The position numbers and the translations under genes are program-made. The notes below the pieces were generated by a model. The model did not search any database and was not told the origin of the DNA. It saw nothing but the letters and a program-made list of their open reading frames with translations. From contig OY970280.1 of the NCBI GenBank assembly GCA_963715865.1, forward strand, positions 544,001-608,000: DNA of 64,000 bases, read 5' to 3'. Below are positions 62,784 to 64,000 of the stretch, piece after piece. Origin of the DNA: Candidatus Bathyarchaeota archaeon (GTDB lineage Archaea; Thermoproteota; Bathyarchaeia; Bathyarchaeales; Bathycorpusculaceae). How positions within the stretch are numbered: position 1 is the first letter of the stretch; the number at the start of each line of letters is the position of its first letter.

Positions 62784-63679
62784 CATTCAAAATCCTCATA
62801 AGCGACAAAATATTCGAAGAAGGTATAAAACTTCTCGAAGAAAAAGGCTACCAAGTCACACGAGCATGGGATACTCCAAAATCCGAACTTCCCAAAATAA
62901 TAGCTGACTATGACGTATTAATCGTAAGGTCAGCAACCAAAGTTAAAGGAGAACTATTAGATAACGCAAAAAAACTCAAAGTAATCGGACGTGCAGGTGA
63001 AGGCTTAGACAACATTGACTTCAAAAAAGCCAACTCCCTCGGCATCGCCTTGGTAAACACTCCGCATGTTTCCTACATGAGTGTTGCAGAATTAACAATA
63101 GGTCACTTACTGGCGCTTGCAAGAGGCATCGTGCAAGGAACTGTAAGTTTGCGTGAGGGAAAATGGGAAAAAGAAAAATTAATTGGAACAGAAGTCAACG
63201 GCAAAACTATTGGAATTATCGGTTGTGGCTACATTGGAAAAACAGTTGAACGCTTAGCCATATCATTGGGCATGAAAGTACTCGCCGTTGAAGAATGCGT
63301 CTATGACCGGTTTGTGCCCCTAGCTGAAATGTTGCCACAAGCAGACTTCATCACAATCCACGTGCCCTTAACGCCTCACACTAAGCACATGATTTCCACA
63401 AAAGAGTTTAACATGATGAAAGACGGCGTAATGCTAATTGACTGTTCCCGCGGTGGAGTAGTTGACCAAGAAGCACTTTACCAAGCATTAGTGTCAGGAA
63501 AAGTTAAAGGTGCAGCATTGGACGTTTTCGAGGATGAACCGCCGAAAAACAGCAAATTATTAACGCTAAACAATGTGATTGCTACGCCGCATGTTGGTGC
63601 TCAAACATATGAAGCCCAGTTAAAGGCAAGTGTACAAATAGCTAAAAGAGTTATAGAAGCGCTGGAAAAAACACCTTGA
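62765..63679 (+). CDS. serA: D-3-phosphoglycerate dehydrogenase-like
   Basis: IVRSATKV, GIIGCG.IG, RGGVVD, DVFEDEP, TPHVGA. Confidence 0.9.
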   Translation: MGIKNVTFKILISDKIFEEGIKLLEEKGYQVTRAWDTPKSELPKIIADYDVLIVRSATKVKGELLDNAKKLKVIGRAGEGLDNIDFKKANSLGIALVNTPHVSYMSVAELTIGHLLALARGIVQGTVSLREGKWEKEKLIGTEVNGKTIGIIGCGYIGKTVERLAISLGMKVLAVEECVYDRFVPLAEMLPQADFITIHVPLTPHTKHMISTKEFNMMKDGVMLIDCSRGGVVDQEALYQALVSGKVKGAALDVFEDEPPKNSKLLTLNNVIATPHVGAQTYEAQLKASVQIAKRVIEALEKTP

Positions 63680-63689
63680 GCTGAAACGT

Positions 63690-64000
63690 TTGGTAGACAT
63701 TAGACCCTTCAAAGCCATACGGTACACGCAAAAAGCTGGTAATCCAGAGAACCTCATAACTCAACCGTACGATAAAATAGATGCTGAAATGCAAAAAGAA
63801 TACTACCAGAAATCACCGTACAATTATTGCCGACTGATTCTGCCAATGGAAGAAAACAAGTACCAAGTGGCGCAACAGCGGATTCAGCAGTGGCTAAAAG
63901 AAGGCATATTAGCCAAGGAAACTGAACCAGCAGTTTTCGTTTCACGCCAAGAATTCACCTTGGACGGCAAAAAATTCGAGCGCACAGGATTAATCGCTGC
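63690..64000 (+). CDS. DUF1015 family protein (3' partial; not in the ORF track)
   Basis: TTG start: MVDIRPFKAIRY...QPYDKID...SPYN; usual neighbour of serC-serA. Confidence 0.8.
   Translation, partial: MVDIRPFKAIRYTQKAGNPENLITQPYDKIDAEMQKEYYQKSPYNYCRLILPMEENKYQVAQQRIQQWLKEGILAKETEPAVFVSRQEFTLDGKKFERTGLIA

Overview
Archaeal chromosome segment, most likely Bathyarchaeia or a related TACK lineage (inferred from gene content). Core genes (rpl14e, cbf5, psmB, aCPSF1, sepF, serC-like/serA, dinB, tRNA-Leu, tRNA-Thr and an unlinked 23S rRNA) alternate with accessory blocks: a decayed tRNA-Leu-linked element (1.8-4.2 kb), a type I R-M locus with a TBP paralogue between hsdM and hsdS (8.2-15.8 kb), a tyrosine-integrase block (19.9-28.7 kb), a nuclease/MTase/LAGLIDADG-like cassette (30.0-32.8 kb) and a head-tail provirus-like module (~32.8-55.5 kb). 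Main finding: the major capsid gene is split by two tandem bulge-helix-bulge (BHB) introns of 45 and 47 nt; removing both restores a 298-aa ORF, so capsid production should depend on the host tRNA-splicing endonuclease. cbf5 and tRNA-Leu also carry BHB/BHL introns. The provirus has 12 intergenic copies of ATGTACGTRGTA, four of which flank a tRNA 3' half like an intact attP, yet it has no recognisable integrase or replicase. Many single-base frameshifts (terL, portal, hsdR, tbp) look like sequencing errors.
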